Counted from the first letter of the stretch, positions 18,538 through 28,877 are shown. The stretch: 64,000 bases of DNA from an uncultured Alphaproteobacteria bacterium (GCA_902612825.1 CACMET010000002.1:3542-67541), one strand, 5' to 3'. Numbers and translations are program-made. Notes: generated by a model from the sequence alone, not told the origin.

Positions 18538-21465
18538 ATGACAAATACAATTCAAATTCTCTCCATTGAGAAGACAGGGAAAGAAAGTTCACTACAAAAA
18601 GAACACAATAATAAATCCATCAAAATTATAGATGGATATTTCTTTTCGACAAATCTTGATGATCAAAAGTTTACTAAAATAAGTAAACTTATTTCTAATG
18701 ACGTTTCTCAAACAATATTAACAAAAAAAAATGTAAATAAGGTTTTATCTAGTTATAGTAATTTTAACTGGGTTGTAGAAATAAAATTTTTACCAGGTGT
18801 AACTGATAATATTGCTACAACTGTAAAAGAAATAATCAAAGATAATCTTAAAAGTAGTTTTAAAAGCTTTGAACTTGGTTCAACAAAAATTATTTTAATA
18901 AAAGGAAGAAAAGAAGATATTACCAAAATATCTAAAAATGAAGCAAATCCCTTAATTCAAACAATTAAGATTTATCCATTTAAAAAATATTTAAATAATT
19001 TTAAAAAAAATCAATTTAAAATAGAAAAGGTAAAATTACCGAAAAAAAAATATAGTAAAAAAGAAATTAATTTAAATATTTCTGATCATCAACTCAGTCT
19101 TATTGGTAAACTTGGTATTGAAGAAAATGATAAATCTAGAAGGGGAACACTTGGCTTAGATCTAGAATCTTTAAAAGCCATAAGAAATTATTTTTCCACT
19201 ATAAAACGTAAACCAACGGATGTAGAAATTGAAACATTAGCACAAACGTGGTCCGAGCACTGTAAACACAAAATTTTTTCAGCTAAAATTGATGATATTC
19301 AAGAAGGTATATTTAAAAAATATATTAAAGGCGCTACTGAAAAAATTATTCAATTAAGAAAAGATAATTTTTGTGTTTCTCTTTTTACGGATAATGCCGG
19401 TGGAATAGAATTTAATAAAGATTGGATTATTTGTCATAAAGTTGAAACACATAATACACCTTCAGCCTTAGATCCATTTGGCGGTGCAATCACTGGAATT
19501 GTTGGTGTTAATAGGGATTGTCTTGGATTTGGGAAAGGAGCAAAACCTATAGCGAATACGTATGCATATTATTTAGCAGACCCGAATAAGAAATATCAAT
19601 TGTATCGTCAAAAAAATAAGGATCCAATGCTTCCAGCAAATTTTATTGCGAAGGGCATTATAAGTGGTGTTAGAGTTGGGGGAAATTGTTCGGGTATTCC
19701 TACTCCTCAAGGTAATGTATATTTTGATGACCGGTTTGCAGGAAAGCCACTTGTATTTTGTGGAACAGTTGGGATTATTCCGAAAAAAATTAAAGGAAAA
19801 TTATCACATAAGAAGAAAGCTAATCCAGGAGATATCATACTTATGGCTGGAGGTAGAGTAGGAAAAGATGGTATTCACGGTGCAACATTTTCTTCAGAGG
19901 AATTAGATCCTAATAGTCCAGTTTCTGCAGTACAAATTGGTGATCCAATAACACAAAAGAAAATGTCTGATGTCATCATTAGAGAATTGCGTGATGAAAA
20001 TCTTTACTCGAGCATAACAGATAATGGAGCTGGAGGATTATCATCATCAATTGGAGAAATGGCAAAAGAGAGCGGTGGTTTTATAGTTAATCTTGAAAAA
20101 ATTCCCCTCAAATATAATGGTTTATATCCTTGGGAGATTTGGGTTTCTGAATCACAAGAAAGAATGACCCTAGCAGTACCTCCGAAGAATGTAAAAAAAG
20201 TTATTAAGAGATTTAATGCAAGAGGTGTGGAAGCGACAATAATTGGTAAGTTTATTAAAAAAGAAAAAGCCATAGTAAAATACAATAAAACTGAAATTCT
20301 CAATTTAGATATGGAATTTCTTCATGAAGGTTATCCTAAATTAAATTTAAAAACATCTTTTCCAAAAATTAAGAAAGAAAAGAAAAAAATAATTAAAAAA
20401 AGTTCCTTAATAGATAAATTACATAAACTTCTCTCTAGTCCAAATATTGTATCAAAAGAATTTATAGCCACGCAATATGATCACGAAGTACAAGCAACCT
20501 CCATTATAAAACCATTACAAGGCGAAGGCAGAGTTTTTGGAAATGCTACTGCTATTAAACCTCTATTTGATGATGAAAAATCAATAGCTCTTTCTCAAGC
20601 TGCATATCCTCAGTACGCCGAAACAAATCCTTATGATATGGCTGGGTGCTCTATTGATACAGCATATAAAAATTTAATTGTAAGTGGTGCCAACTCAAAA
20701 AAAATTGCAATTCTTGATAACTTTTGTTGGTGTAGCTCCGATGAACCTGATCGCTTATATCAATTGAAAGAAGCGGCAAAAGCTTGTTATGATTATGCAG
20801 TTGCGTACCAAACACCATTTATTTCAGGAAAAGATAGTATGTTTAATGATTTTAAAGGTTTTGATAAAACTGGAAAATCAGTAAAAATTTCAATACCTCC
20901 AACTTTGCTTATTTCTTCTATTGGAGTGGTAGATAAAATTTCACACTTAACAAAAATAACACCAGATGATGGTGATATACTTTTAGTTTTAGGAAATACC
21001 CGTAATGAATTACAGGATAGTGTTTATTCCAAAATTATAGGTTATGAAAAATCAAAAAATCCAGTTGTAAATAGCAAGGATGCACTTCGCACATATAGAA
21101 ATTTTGAAAAAGCTAATAAACTTGGAATTATAAATTCTGCAATTGGAATAGACTTGGGTGGAATAGGAATTGCAGTTACAAAGATGGCAATTGCTTCAAA
21201 AAAAGGTTTAACTTTTGATTTAAAACTAAAAAATAAAATCTCAGTTGACCAATTTTTATTTTCTGAAACACAAAGTAGAATTCTTGTTTCTCTTAAAAAA
21301 AATAAGTTACCCAATTTTAAAAAAATATTTAAAGCTTCTGATTATACAATAATTGGTAAATGTACGGGCTCAGATGTAATTGAGTTTAAAGATAACAAAA
21401 AAATTATGAGAGGTAAAATTTCAGATTTTGCTAAGTCATACAAACAAAATATTAAAGGGTTATGA
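18538..21465 (+). CDS. purL: FGAM synthase II with N-terminal PurS-like extension (PurSL fusion)
   Basis: 975 aa. The canonical small PurL begins around residue ~180 (TWSEHCKHKIF motif at ~240). The N-terminal ~175 aa contain a PurS-like V.V.[FK].PGV.D pattern (VVEIKFLPGVTDNIATTVKE). Confidence 0.85.
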   Translation: MTNTIQILSIEKTGKESSLQKEHNNKSIKIIDGYFFSTNLDDQKFTKISKLISNDVSQTILTKKNVNKVLSSYSNFNWVVEIKFLPGVTDNIATTVKEIIKDNLKSSFKSFELGSTKIILIKGRKEDITKISKNEANPLIQTIKIYPFKKYLNNFKKNQFKIEKVKLPKKKYSKKEINLNISDHQLSLIGKLGIEENDKSRRGTLGLDLESLKAIRNYFSTIKRKPTDVEIETLAQTWSEHCKHKIFSAKIDDIQEGIFKKYIKGATEKIIQLRKDNFCVSLFTDNAGGIEFNKDWIICHKVETHNTPSALDPFGGAITGIVGVNRDCLGFGKGAKPIANTYAYYLADPNKKYQLYRQKNKDPMLPANFIAKGIISGVRVGGNCSGIPTPQGNVYFDDRFAGKPLVFCGTVGIIPKKIKGKLSHKKKANPGDIILMAGGRVGKDGIHGATFSSEELDPNSPVSAVQIGDPITQKKMSDVIIRELRDENLYSSITDNGAGGLSSSIGEMAKESGGFIVNLEKIPLKYNGLYPWEIWVSESQERMTLAVPPKNVKKVIKRFNARGVEATIIGKFIKKEKAIVKYNKTEILNLDMEFLHEGYPKLNLKTSFPKIKKEKKKIIKKSSLIDKLHKLLSSPNIVSKEFIATQYDHEVQATSIIKPLQGEGRVFGNATAIKPLFDDEKSIALSQAAYPQYAETNPYDMAGCSIDTAYKNLIVSGANSKKIAILDNFCWCSSDEPDRLYQLKEAAKACYDYAVAYQTPFISGKDSMFNDFKGFDKTGKSVKISIPPTLLISSIGVVDKISHLTKITPDDGDILLVLGNTRNELQDSVYSKIIGYEKSKNPVVNSKDALRTYRNFEKANKLGIINSAIGIDLGGIGIAVTKMAIASKKGLTFDLKLKNKISVDQFLFSETQSRILVSLKKNKLPNFKKIFKASDYTIIGKCTGSDVIEFKDNKKIMRGKISDFAKSYKQNIKGL

Positions 21466-22226
21466 ACGTATTGGTCCTGTCAGGTTATGGTATTAATTGT
21501 GAAAATGAAACACTACATGCATTTGAAGTAGTAGGATTTAAAGGAAAAATTATTCATATTAATGATCTGATTCAAAATCCTAAACAACTTAATAACTATC
21601 AAGTATTCGCTATACCTGGTGGTTTTTCTTATGGCGATGATACAGGTTCAGGAAATGCAATGGCGAAAAAAATTATGACCAATTTATATGATCAACTAAT
21701 GGATTTTTCATTAAAAGATAAATTAATCATAGGTATATGTAATGGATGCCAAATATTAATTAATCTTGGATTAGTACCAAGCCTAAATAAAAAAGATCCA
21801 GAAGTAGCATTGATTGAAAATAAATCTGGTAGCTATGAGTGTCGATGGGTTGATGTAAAAGTAAATAATAATAAATCACCATGGCTAAAAAATATTAGTA
21901 TCTTGAACTTGCCTGTTGCCCATCAAGAGGGGCAATTCATGATACCTATTAATCTATTTAAAAGTATCAAAGCTAATAACCTTATTGGCTTACAATACAT
22001 TAATAACCAAAAAAAATTAGCAAAAGGTCAGTTTCCCTTTAATCCTAATGGATCTAAAGATGATATAGCTGCGTTAACAAATCAAAATGGGAATGTTCTT
22101 GCAATGATGCCTCATCCTGAAAGAGCATTTTATAATTATCATATTCCCAATTGGCAAAGTAAAACCTTAAAAAAATTTGGGGATGGATATAAAATTTTTA
22201 TGAACGCAAAAAAATTCTTTGCATAA
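21462..22226 (+). CDS. purQ: FGAM synthase glutaminase subunit
   Basis: 254 aa. GICNGCQIL nucleophile elbow and MMPHPER histidine motif. ATGA overlap with purL. Confidence 0.9.
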   Translation: MNVLVLSGYGINCENETLHAFEVVGFKGKIIHINDLIQNPKQLNNYQVFAIPGGFSYGDDTGSGNAMAKKIMTNLYDQLMDFSLKDKLIIGICNGCQILINLGLVPSLNKKDPEVALIENKSGSYECRWVDVKVNNNKSPWLKNISILNLPVAHQEGQFMIPINLFKSIKANNLIGLQYINNQKKLAKGQFPFNPNGSKDDIAALTNQNGNVLAMMPHPERAFYNYHIPNWQSKTLKKFGDGYKIFMNAKKFFA

Positions 22227-22227
22227 A

Positions 22228-23277
22228 TTATACTGCTATATCTACTATTTTTTTCATCACGGTTGGCATTCTAGAGCTAGAATAAGAAGATTTCTTTATC
22301 CAATTACTTTTTGATAATTTTGCTTTTTTAACATTGCCATAAAAAATTTCTGTTTCTAAATCAAAATGACTAAATGAATATTCAAAAGAGCCTTTAGATT
22401 GTAATTTTGTTTTTATTTTTTGTATATCTTGATCAGTGGTTAATAATTTCTTATTTTTAACCCAAACATCATTTGGTACTTCAAGCATGGAAGCCAACAT
22501 TCCTTTATTTGGTCTACTTCGCACAAGGATTTCATTCTTTTCATTCACAATTACATAAGCTCTTGTATACTTTATAGGCTTAGTAGTTTTCTTTTTAAGT
22601 TTTAAAGGAATTTTTTGCTGTAAATTTTTTTTATATGATTGGCAAAATTTATTAATTCCACAAATATTACATTTAGGGTTTCTTGGAAGACAGATCTCTG
22701 ATCCGTAATCCATAAAAGACTGAATTAAATTTGAAGAATATTTATCTGAGATGAATTTTTTTCCTAAATCTTTAAGTTTATTTTTGACTTTATTAATTGG
22801 TTTATCGATAGCATATAACCTAACCAAAATTCTCTCAATATTAGCATCAAGTGGCATAACTGCTTGATTGAATCCTATTCCAAGAATTGCTTTTGCTGTG
22901 TAATCTCCAATACCAGGAAGTTGGATGAGTTCGTCGTAAGTTTTGGGTATGTTATTTTTAAAATTTTTATTAATTATTTTTGCAGACCTTAATAAATTTC
23001 TTGCTCTTGAATAATAACCAAGGCCTGACCAGAACCTTAAAATATTTGGCTCTGAAGTTTGCGCTAATTTATTTAGTGAAGGCCATTTTAAAATAAAATC
23101 ATTAAATTTATTTTTTACGGTATTTACTGTTGTTTGTTGAAGCATATACTCACTTACAAATACAAAGTATGGATCAGGTAAATTGAGAGTATTTTTCTTC
23201 CGCCATGGTAAATTTCTGGCATTCACGGAATACCATTGAAGCAAAAACTTTATTACTTGTGTTTCGTGTTTAAACAT
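22228..23277 (-). CDS. mutY: A/G-specific adenine DNA glycosylase
   Basis: 349 aa. HhH-GPD region (LPGIGDYTA), 4Fe-4S loop CLPRNPKCNICGINKFC and a C-terminal NUDIX-like domain. Confidence 0.9.
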   Translation of the reverse strand: MFKHETQVIKFLLQWYSVNARNLPWRKKNTLNLPDPYFVFVSEYMLQQTTVNTVKNKFNDFILKWPSLNKLAQTSEPNILRFWSGLGYYSRARNLLRSAKIINKNFKNNIPKTYDELIQLPGIGDYTAKAILGIGFNQAVMPLDANIERILVRLYAIDKPINKVKNKLKDLGKKFISDKYSSNLIQSFMDYGSEICLPRNPKCNICGINKFCQSYKKNLQQKIPLKLKKKTTKPIKYTRAYVIVNEKNEILVRSRPNKGMLASMLEVPNDVWVKNKKLLTTDQDIQKIKTKLQSKGSFEYSFSHFDLETEIFYGNVKKAKLSKSNWIKKSSYSSSRMPTVMKKIVDIAV

Positions 23278-23310
23278 ATTGCTTTCATATTTAGGTACTA
23301 TAAATTATTT

Positions 23311-23832
23311 ATGCATATGGACAAAAAAAATATAAAGCAAAAAAGAACATTTGTTCCACAATCGATTGGCGATACTCTTAGGAAGGTTAATAGAAAATTT
23401 TCCTCTAAATATAATCGTACAGAATTTATAATAAACTCCAAATGGCCTGAAATTGCTGGTAGTTATTTTAAAGAATATTCAGAGCCATTAAATGTTTCAA
23501 GGGTGCGTGATTTTGAAAACGATGTAGGTGAAACAGTATATAAAAATTATCTAAATGTGAGTGTTGCCCCAGCCGCAGCCATTGAATTTCAACACTTTAA
23601 GGATACTATAATTGAAAAAATTAATACTTATTTTGGCTATAAAGCAATAATAGACTTGAGAATTCATCAAAATTACATACCTAAATATACTCATATGAAA
23701 CAAAGTAAGAAAAAACAAATAGATAAAGATGACATAGAATTTGTTAAGCAAAACGTTAAAGAATTTCAAAATTCCGATTTAAAAAAATCGCTATTAAATT
23801 TAGGTAATAAAATTACAACTGAGGACAAATAA
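23311..23832 (+). CDS. DUF721 / DciA-like protein
   Basis: Track ORF starts at 23236 inside mutY. ATG 23311 preferred. The pattern W.EIAG...SEPL......L.V.V...AAAIE.Q.....II..IN..FGY..I.DLRI matches DUF721. The position between mutY and dsbA-smc is the usual alphaproteobacterial one. Confidence 0.6.
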   Translation: MHMDKKNIKQKRTFVPQSIGDTLRKVNRKFSSKYNRTEFIINSKWPEIAGSYFKEYSEPLNVSRVRDFENDVGETVYKNYLNVSVAPAAAIEFQHFKDTIIEKINTYFGYKAIIDLRIHQNYIPKYTHMKQSKKKQIDKDDIEFVKQNVKEFQNSDLKKSLLNLGNKITTEDK

Positions 23833-24443
23833 TGAAAATCAAAATTTTATTTATTTCTATTATACTATCACTACTTTTAATTAACGCCAAAGCAGCTGAA
23901 AACTCAATACTAGAGGTTAAAGATAATGATTTTTATATTGGGGAAGACAATGCTCCAATAACAATTATAGAATATGCTTCAATGTCTTGTAGTCACTGTG
24001 CAGATTTTCATAATGATACACTAGAAGAATTAAAAAAAGAGTTTATTGATACTGGTAAAGTTAAGTTTATTTTTCGTGATTTCCCATTTAATTATCCCGC
24101 TCTTGCTGGAAGCATGATTTTAAGATGTGTCCCAGAAGATGTAAGATACGATTACATGAATGGCCTTTATAAACTCCAAAATAATTGGGTTAATAGAGAT
24201 CCTTCTAAAACAAAATCTGAGTTATACAAAATAATGCAAAGTGGTGGTATGCAACAAGAGGACTTTGATGCATGTTTAAGTAATGTTGAATTAGAGAATC
24301 AATTACTTGAGGGTGTAATGGAAGCTCAGAGAGAATATAAAATAGGTTCTACCCCTTCATTCATTATTAACGGGGTACTTTATTCTGGGAATAAAAACAT
24401 AAAAGAGTTTAGACAAATCATCGATAAAATATTATCACAATAG
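23832..24443 (+). CDS. DsbA-family periplasmic thiol:disulfide oxidoreductase
   Basis: 203 aa with signal peptide and CSHC active site. Confidence 0.8.
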   Translation: MKIKILFISIILSLLLINAKAAENSILEVKDNDFYIGEDNAPITIIEYASMSCSHCADFHNDTLEELKKEFIDTGKVKFIFRDFPFNYPALAGSMILRCVPEDVRYDYMNGLYKLQNNWVNRDPSKTKSELYKIMQSGGMQQEDFDACLSNVELENQLLEGVMEAQREYKIGSTPSFIINGVLYSGNKNIKEFRQIIDKILSQ

Positions 24444-24446
24444 TTG

Positions 24447-27092
24447 ATGATTAATTTTAGGACCCTTAAAGTCAAAGGCTTTAAGTCTTTTGTTGAACCA
24501 ACTGAAATTTTGATTGAAAATGGTTTGACAGGTATTGTGGGGCCAAATGGATGTGGTAAATCCAATCTCGTTGAAGCTTTTAGATTCGTTATGGGTGAGC
24601 TTTCGCCAAAACAAATGAGAGGAAGCGAATTAGATGATGTTATTTTTAATGGCACAGATGATAGACCAGCATGGGATATTGCAGAGGTTTCAATAGATTT
24701 AGACAATAAAGCACGTAAAGCACCAAGTATTTTTAATGAAAGTGATACCATTGAAGTCACTAGAAGAATATGGCGAGGTGAAGGATCTGAATATAGAGTA
24801 AACGGAAAAGAGGTCCGATTAAAGGATGTTCAATTACTATTTGCTGATGCAGCAACAGGTGCTCGTTCAACATCTATGGTTAGTCAAGGTAGAGTTGGTG
24901 CTATTATAGCTGCTAAGCCAGAGCAAAGAAGAACATTACTCGAAGAAGCTGCGGGAATTACAGGTCTGCATTCAAGACGACATGAAGCTGAATTACGATT
25001 AAATGCTACTGAAAATAACTTAGAGCGTGTTAAGGACGTATTAAAAGCACAAGATGAACAACTAACAATATTAAAGAAACAATCTAAACAAGCTGAAAGA
25101 TATAAGTACATCCAAAAAGATATTACTAAAGCAAGAGCAAGATTATTTTATAAGAAATGGATTGATGAAAAAGATAAATTAAAAAATGCTAATGAAAAAA
25201 TTCAATCTGAAACAAATATAGTAAATGATCAAACACAGGTTGTTGCGCAAATAAATATCGAATTTGAAAAAGTTCAAGAAAGCCTCCCAAACCTTAGACT
25301 TCAAGAAAGTAAGGTTGCAGCTGAGCTTCAGAAATATTCAATTAGTTTAGAAAACCAAGAAAAAGAAATTGAAAGAGCAAATATTGCAGTAGATGAAACA
25401 AAAGTCCGTATAGAGCAAATTAAAAATGACATTGATAGAGAAAAATTTTTATTTGAAGATGCAAAACAAAATCTTGAAAGAGTGCAGGAAGAAAAATCTA
25501 TACTATTAAAACAGCAAGGTGATCTTTTTATTCAAACTGATGATGACCTAAATAATGAAAATGTTTCTAATAAAAAAAATAATAATCCAATAATTGATTA
25601 TCTAGACTTTGAAGATGGTCTTGAGCAAGCAATTGCTGCGGTTTTTTCAGATGAGTTAATTGCATCTATTGATGAAGAACAAAGTGTTTTTTGGAGAAAA
25701 TTAGATGTAGAAGATTCTTCCTTTAAGTCAGAAATTACTAAATTTTCCTCTCTGATCAAAGCACCGGATAATTTGAAAAAGAAATTAGAGTTTGTTGGAT
25801 TAATTGAGAATAAAGAAAATGTTTTAGAAATTCAAAAAACTTTAAAGCCAGGCCAGATATTAGTAAGCAAACTAGGAGAAATTTGGAGATGGGATGGGTA
25901 TGTATCTAAAGGTAAACAAAATAATTCAACTAAAGCAATATTGGAGCAATTAAAAAATAGAAGAATAAAGCAATTAAGTGCAGAGGAAAAACAATGGAAT
26001 GATATTTCTGCAAAAGCAAATCAAAGAATAGAAGAACTGAATTCAAGGCAAAATGCATTAATTAATGAATTATCTAATCTCCAATCCGTTCCTGACGATG
26101 TATCAAGTGAAAAATTAAAAATACAAAAGTTAATTGATGAGAATAAGAGTTCTTATGAGCAAATAGCTGAGCAGCTTCGTCAAACTGAACAAAATTCTAA
26201 TGAGATTAATAAGAAGTTAAAACTGGAAGAAATTAAATTAAATGAACTCAGGGAAGAAAGAATTAGGACTGAGGGCCAAATTAATACAATTAATGAAGCA
26301 ATTAAATTATTAGCTACTCAAGTAAAAGAAAGATTGAGTGCAGAACTAGAAGAACTTTACAATATTGGAGAAATCAATCCAAATAAAGTTTTAGGCGAGA
26401 CTGATTATTTAGAAAAAAAGTTAGAGAGACTAATTGGAGAGCAAGAACGTTTAGGTGGTGTTAATCTTCTCGCAGAACAAGAATCAAAAGATTTAGAAGA
26501 AAAAGTTAATACAATAAAGAAAGATCAAAGCGACCTTTTAAGCGCAATTGCAAAACTAAGAGAAGCAATTGACTCCCTTAATACAGAAGGTAGACAACGT
26601 TTACTTGCTGCATATGGAATAGTAAATGAAAATTTTCAAAAATTATTTACCAGGTTGTTTGGTGGTGGCAAGGCTTATCTGAAGTTTACAGATGAATCAG
26701 ATCCTCTTCAAGCTGGTTTAGAAATATTTGCTAGTCCTCCTGGAAAAAAATTACAAAATCTAAATTTACTTTCTGGTGGTGAACAAGCTCTTACAGCATT
26801 ATCATTATTATTTGCTGTATTTTTATCAAACCCAGCTCCAATTTGTGTGCTCGATGAGGTTGATGCTCCATTAGATGATACTAATGTTGATAGATTTTGT
26901 TCCTTAGTAGAGGAAATAGCTAAAACTTCTTCAACAAAATTCTTAGTTATAACTCATCATAGAATGACAATGGCAAGAGTAAATAGATTATTTGGTGTTA
27001 CCATGCCTGAGAAAGGTGTATCACAATTAGTTTCCGTTGATCTTGAAAAAGCAATTGAGATAAAAGAACAAGATACTACTAATGAATTATAA
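24447..27092 (+). CDS. smc: SMC chromosome segregation ATPase, short-armed (881 aa)
   Basis: Walker A GPNGCGKSN, signature LSGGEQAL, Walker B CVLDEVDAPLD. Central hinge-like segment at ~385-500. Coiled-coil segments are only ~200-215 aa each by eye. Confidence 0.9.
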   Translation: MINFRTLKVKGFKSFVEPTEILIENGLTGIVGPNGCGKSNLVEAFRFVMGELSPKQMRGSELDDVIFNGTDDRPAWDIAEVSIDLDNKARKAPSIFNESDTIEVTRRIWRGEGSEYRVNGKEVRLKDVQLLFADAATGARSTSMVSQGRVGAIIAAKPEQRRTLLEEAAGITGLHSRRHEAELRLNATENNLERVKDVLKAQDEQLTILKKQSKQAERYKYIQKDITKARARLFYKKWIDEKDKLKNANEKIQSETNIVNDQTQVVAQINIEFEKVQESLPNLRLQESKVAAELQKYSISLENQEKEIERANIAVDETKVRIEQIKNDIDREKFLFEDAKQNLERVQEEKSILLKQQGDLFIQTDDDLNNENVSNKKNNNPIIDYLDFEDGLEQAIAAVFSDELIASIDEEQSVFWRKLDVEDSSFKSEITKFSSLIKAPDNLKKKLEFVGLIENKENVLEIQKTLKPGQILVSKLGEIWRWDGYVSKGKQNNSTKAILEQLKNRRIKQLSAEEKQWNDISAKANQRIEELNSRQNALINELSNLQSVPDDVSSEKLKIQKLIDENKSSYEQIAEQLRQTEQNSNEINKKLKLEEIKLNELREERIRTEGQINTINEAIKLLATQVKERLSAELEELYNIGEINPNKVLGETDYLEKKLERLIGEQERLGGVNLLAEQESKDLEEKVNTIKKDQSDLLSAIAKLREAIDSLNTEGRQRLLAAYGIVNENFQKLFTRLFGGGKAYLKFTDESDPLQAGLEIFASPPGKKLQNLNLLSGGEQALTALSLLFAVFLSNPAPICVLDEVDAPLDDTNVDRFCSLVEEIAKTSSTKFLVITHHRMTMARVNRLFGVTMPEKGVSQLVSVDLEKAIEIKEQDTTNEL

Positions 27093-27369
27093 AAATAAAA
27101 ATTTAGAAGAATTAGGTAAAAAAATTGATGATTTAGATAATCAAAATAAAGAACCTAATATTAAAAAAAAAGAAAGTGGTGCTGGATTTGGTTTTAAAAT
27201 TAGTACAGAAATTATAGCTGCACTAGTTGTTGGAGTTGGAATTGGGCTTATTGTGGATAATTACTTTAATACTAAACCGATAGGGTTAATTATTTTCTTT
27301 ATATTTGGCGCATTAGCTGGATTTTTGAACGTTTATCGTGTAATGCGTCGCATTGAAAAGCAAAGGTAA
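27082..27369 (+). CDS. atpI: ATP synthase protein I-like small membrane protein
   Basis: 95 aa, two hydrophobic helices. Sits directly upstream of atpB as in alphaproteobacterial F0 operons. Overlaps the smc end by 11 nt. Confidence 0.6.
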   Translation: MNYKNKNLEELGKKIDDLDNQNKEPNIKKKESGAGFGFKISTEIIAALVVGVGIGLIVDNYFNTKPIGLIIFFIFGALAGFLNVYRVMRRIEKQR

Positions 27370-27390
27370 TTTTAATATTCAATATCAAAT

Positions 27391-28125
27391 ATGGCCGCAA
27401 AAGACAGTCCTCTAAAACAGTTCGAAATAGATCCAATATCTAATATTGAAGTTGGTGGCTATAATATTTCATTTACAAATTCATCTTTTGCGATGCTCAT
27501 TACCGTTTTAGTAATCACTCTTTTTTTAACTTTAACAGTTAATACAAGATCCATCATCCCTTCTAGGATGCAACTTATCTCAGAATTGATGTATAATTTT
27601 ATTGCCCAGCTTCTCTCTGATACAGTTGGAGATAATGGGAAACGGTATTTCCCATTTGTTTTCTCGTTATTTATGTTTGTATTAATTGGAAATATGGTTG
27701 GTATGATACCATACCAATTTACTTTCACGAGCCATATCATAGTTACATTTGCGTTAGCTGCAGTTGTATTTATTGGAGTAACTATTCTTGGATTTATTAA
27801 CCATGGCATTAAATTTTTTACATTCTTTTATATACCGGGTGTACCATTTTACATGCATCCACTGCTTATTCCTATTGAAGTAATTTCTTATTTATCAAGA
27901 CCTATAAGTTTATCAGTTAGATTATTTGCAAACATGCTGGCTGGTCACACACTACTAAAAGTATTTGCAGGCTTTGTTGTATCCATGCCATTTTTTACAG
28001 GAGTTTTTCCTTTAGCTTTCATTGTAGCTTTGACAGGATTAGAAATTTTAATTGCTTTTTTGCAAGCATATGTGTTTGCAATACTGACGTGTTTATATAT
28101 TAACGATGCTTATCATTTACATTAA
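27391..28125 (+). CDS. atpB: F0 ATP synthase subunit a
   Basis: 244 aa. SLSVRLFANMLAGH motif with the essential Arg. Confidence 0.9.
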   Translation: MAAKDSPLKQFEIDPISNIEVGGYNISFTNSSFAMLITVLVITLFLTLTVNTRSIIPSRMQLISELMYNFIAQLLSDTVGDNGKRYFPFVFSLFMFVLIGNMVGMIPYQFTFTSHIIVTFALAAVVFIGVTILGFINHGIKFFTFFYIPGVPFYMHPLLIPIEVISYLSRPISLSVRLFANMLAGHTLLKVFAGFVVSMPFFTGVFPLAFIVALTGLEILIAFLQAYVFAILTCLYINDAYHLH

Positions 28126-28143
28126 TTTAAAATAGGAGGACTT

Positions 28144-28368
28144 ATGGAAATTGAAGCAGCAAAAGTAATCGGAGCGGGTTTAGCCGTTATCGGTGTTATT
28201 GGATCAGGTATTGGAATTGGGAATATTTTCTCATCTTTTATTCAAGCAGTTGGAAGAAATCCGGCAGCAAGAGGTGAAGTTTTTACAATGACAATGTTAG
28301 GTTTCGCATTAGTTGAAGCGATTGCACTTTTCGCACTAGTTATTGCGTTAGTTATTTTGTTTGGATAG
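28144..28368 (+). CDS. atpE: F0 ATP synthase subunit c
   Basis: 74 aa hairpin proteolipid. GRNPAA loop and ALVEAIALF carboxylate helix. AGGAGG Shine-Dalgarno upstream. Confidence 0.9.
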   Translation: MEIEAAKVIGAGLAVIGVIGSGIGIGNIFSSFIQAVGRNPAARGEVFTMTMLGFALVEAIALFALVIALVILFG

Positions 28369-28385
28369 AACACAATAATTAATTA

Positions 28386-28877
28386 ATGCCTCAATTAAAT
28401 CCAGAGTTTTTTGTTTCACAGCTCTTTTGGTTAGCTGTATTCTTTACTTTTCTATTTGTATTTTTGTGGAGAGTATCTCTTCCAAGAATAGCTACAGTTT
28501 TAGAGAAAAGACAAAATAAAATAGATGAAAATTTATCATCAGCAAAAGAGCTTCAAGAACAGGCAATGGAAATTGAAAAAAAAATTAATGATCAAATCAA
28601 TAGGGCTAAACTAGAAACAGATGAGAAAATTAAAGAAACAATCAATGGTTTACAAGAAGATGTTTCTTCTCAACTTTCTTCACTTGATAAAGATTTAGAA
28701 AAAAAAGTTTCTGATGCAGAAAAAGAAATTTTAAAAAGTAAAGATGATCAAATGAAAAATATTAACAATGAAATAGTTAATATTACAAAACTAACTGTTG
28801 GAAAAATTACAGATATAGAATTGTCAGACAATGAACTTAATAAAGTTATTGAAACACAAAAAGGTAGTTTTAACTAA
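28386..28877 (+). CDS. atpF2: F0 ATP synthase subunit b'
   Basis: 163 aa, one N-terminal TM helix then a long charged helix. First of two b-type genes, as in alphaproteobacteria. Confidence 0.75.
   Translation: MPQLNPEFFVSQLFWLAVFFTFLFVFLWRVSLPRIATVLEKRQNKIDENLSSAKELQEQAMEIEKKINDQINRAKLETDEKIKETINGLQEDVSSQLSSLDKDLEKKVSDAEKEILKSKDDQMKNINNEIVNITKLTVGKITDIELSDNELNKVIETQKGSFN

Noticed and set aside
24380-24760. 126-aa minus-strand ORF spanning the dsbA-smc junction
   Set aside because: Antisense to two well-supported genes, including the SMC Walker A region.
27459-27809. 116-aa minus-strand ORF
   Set aside because: Antisense to atpB.
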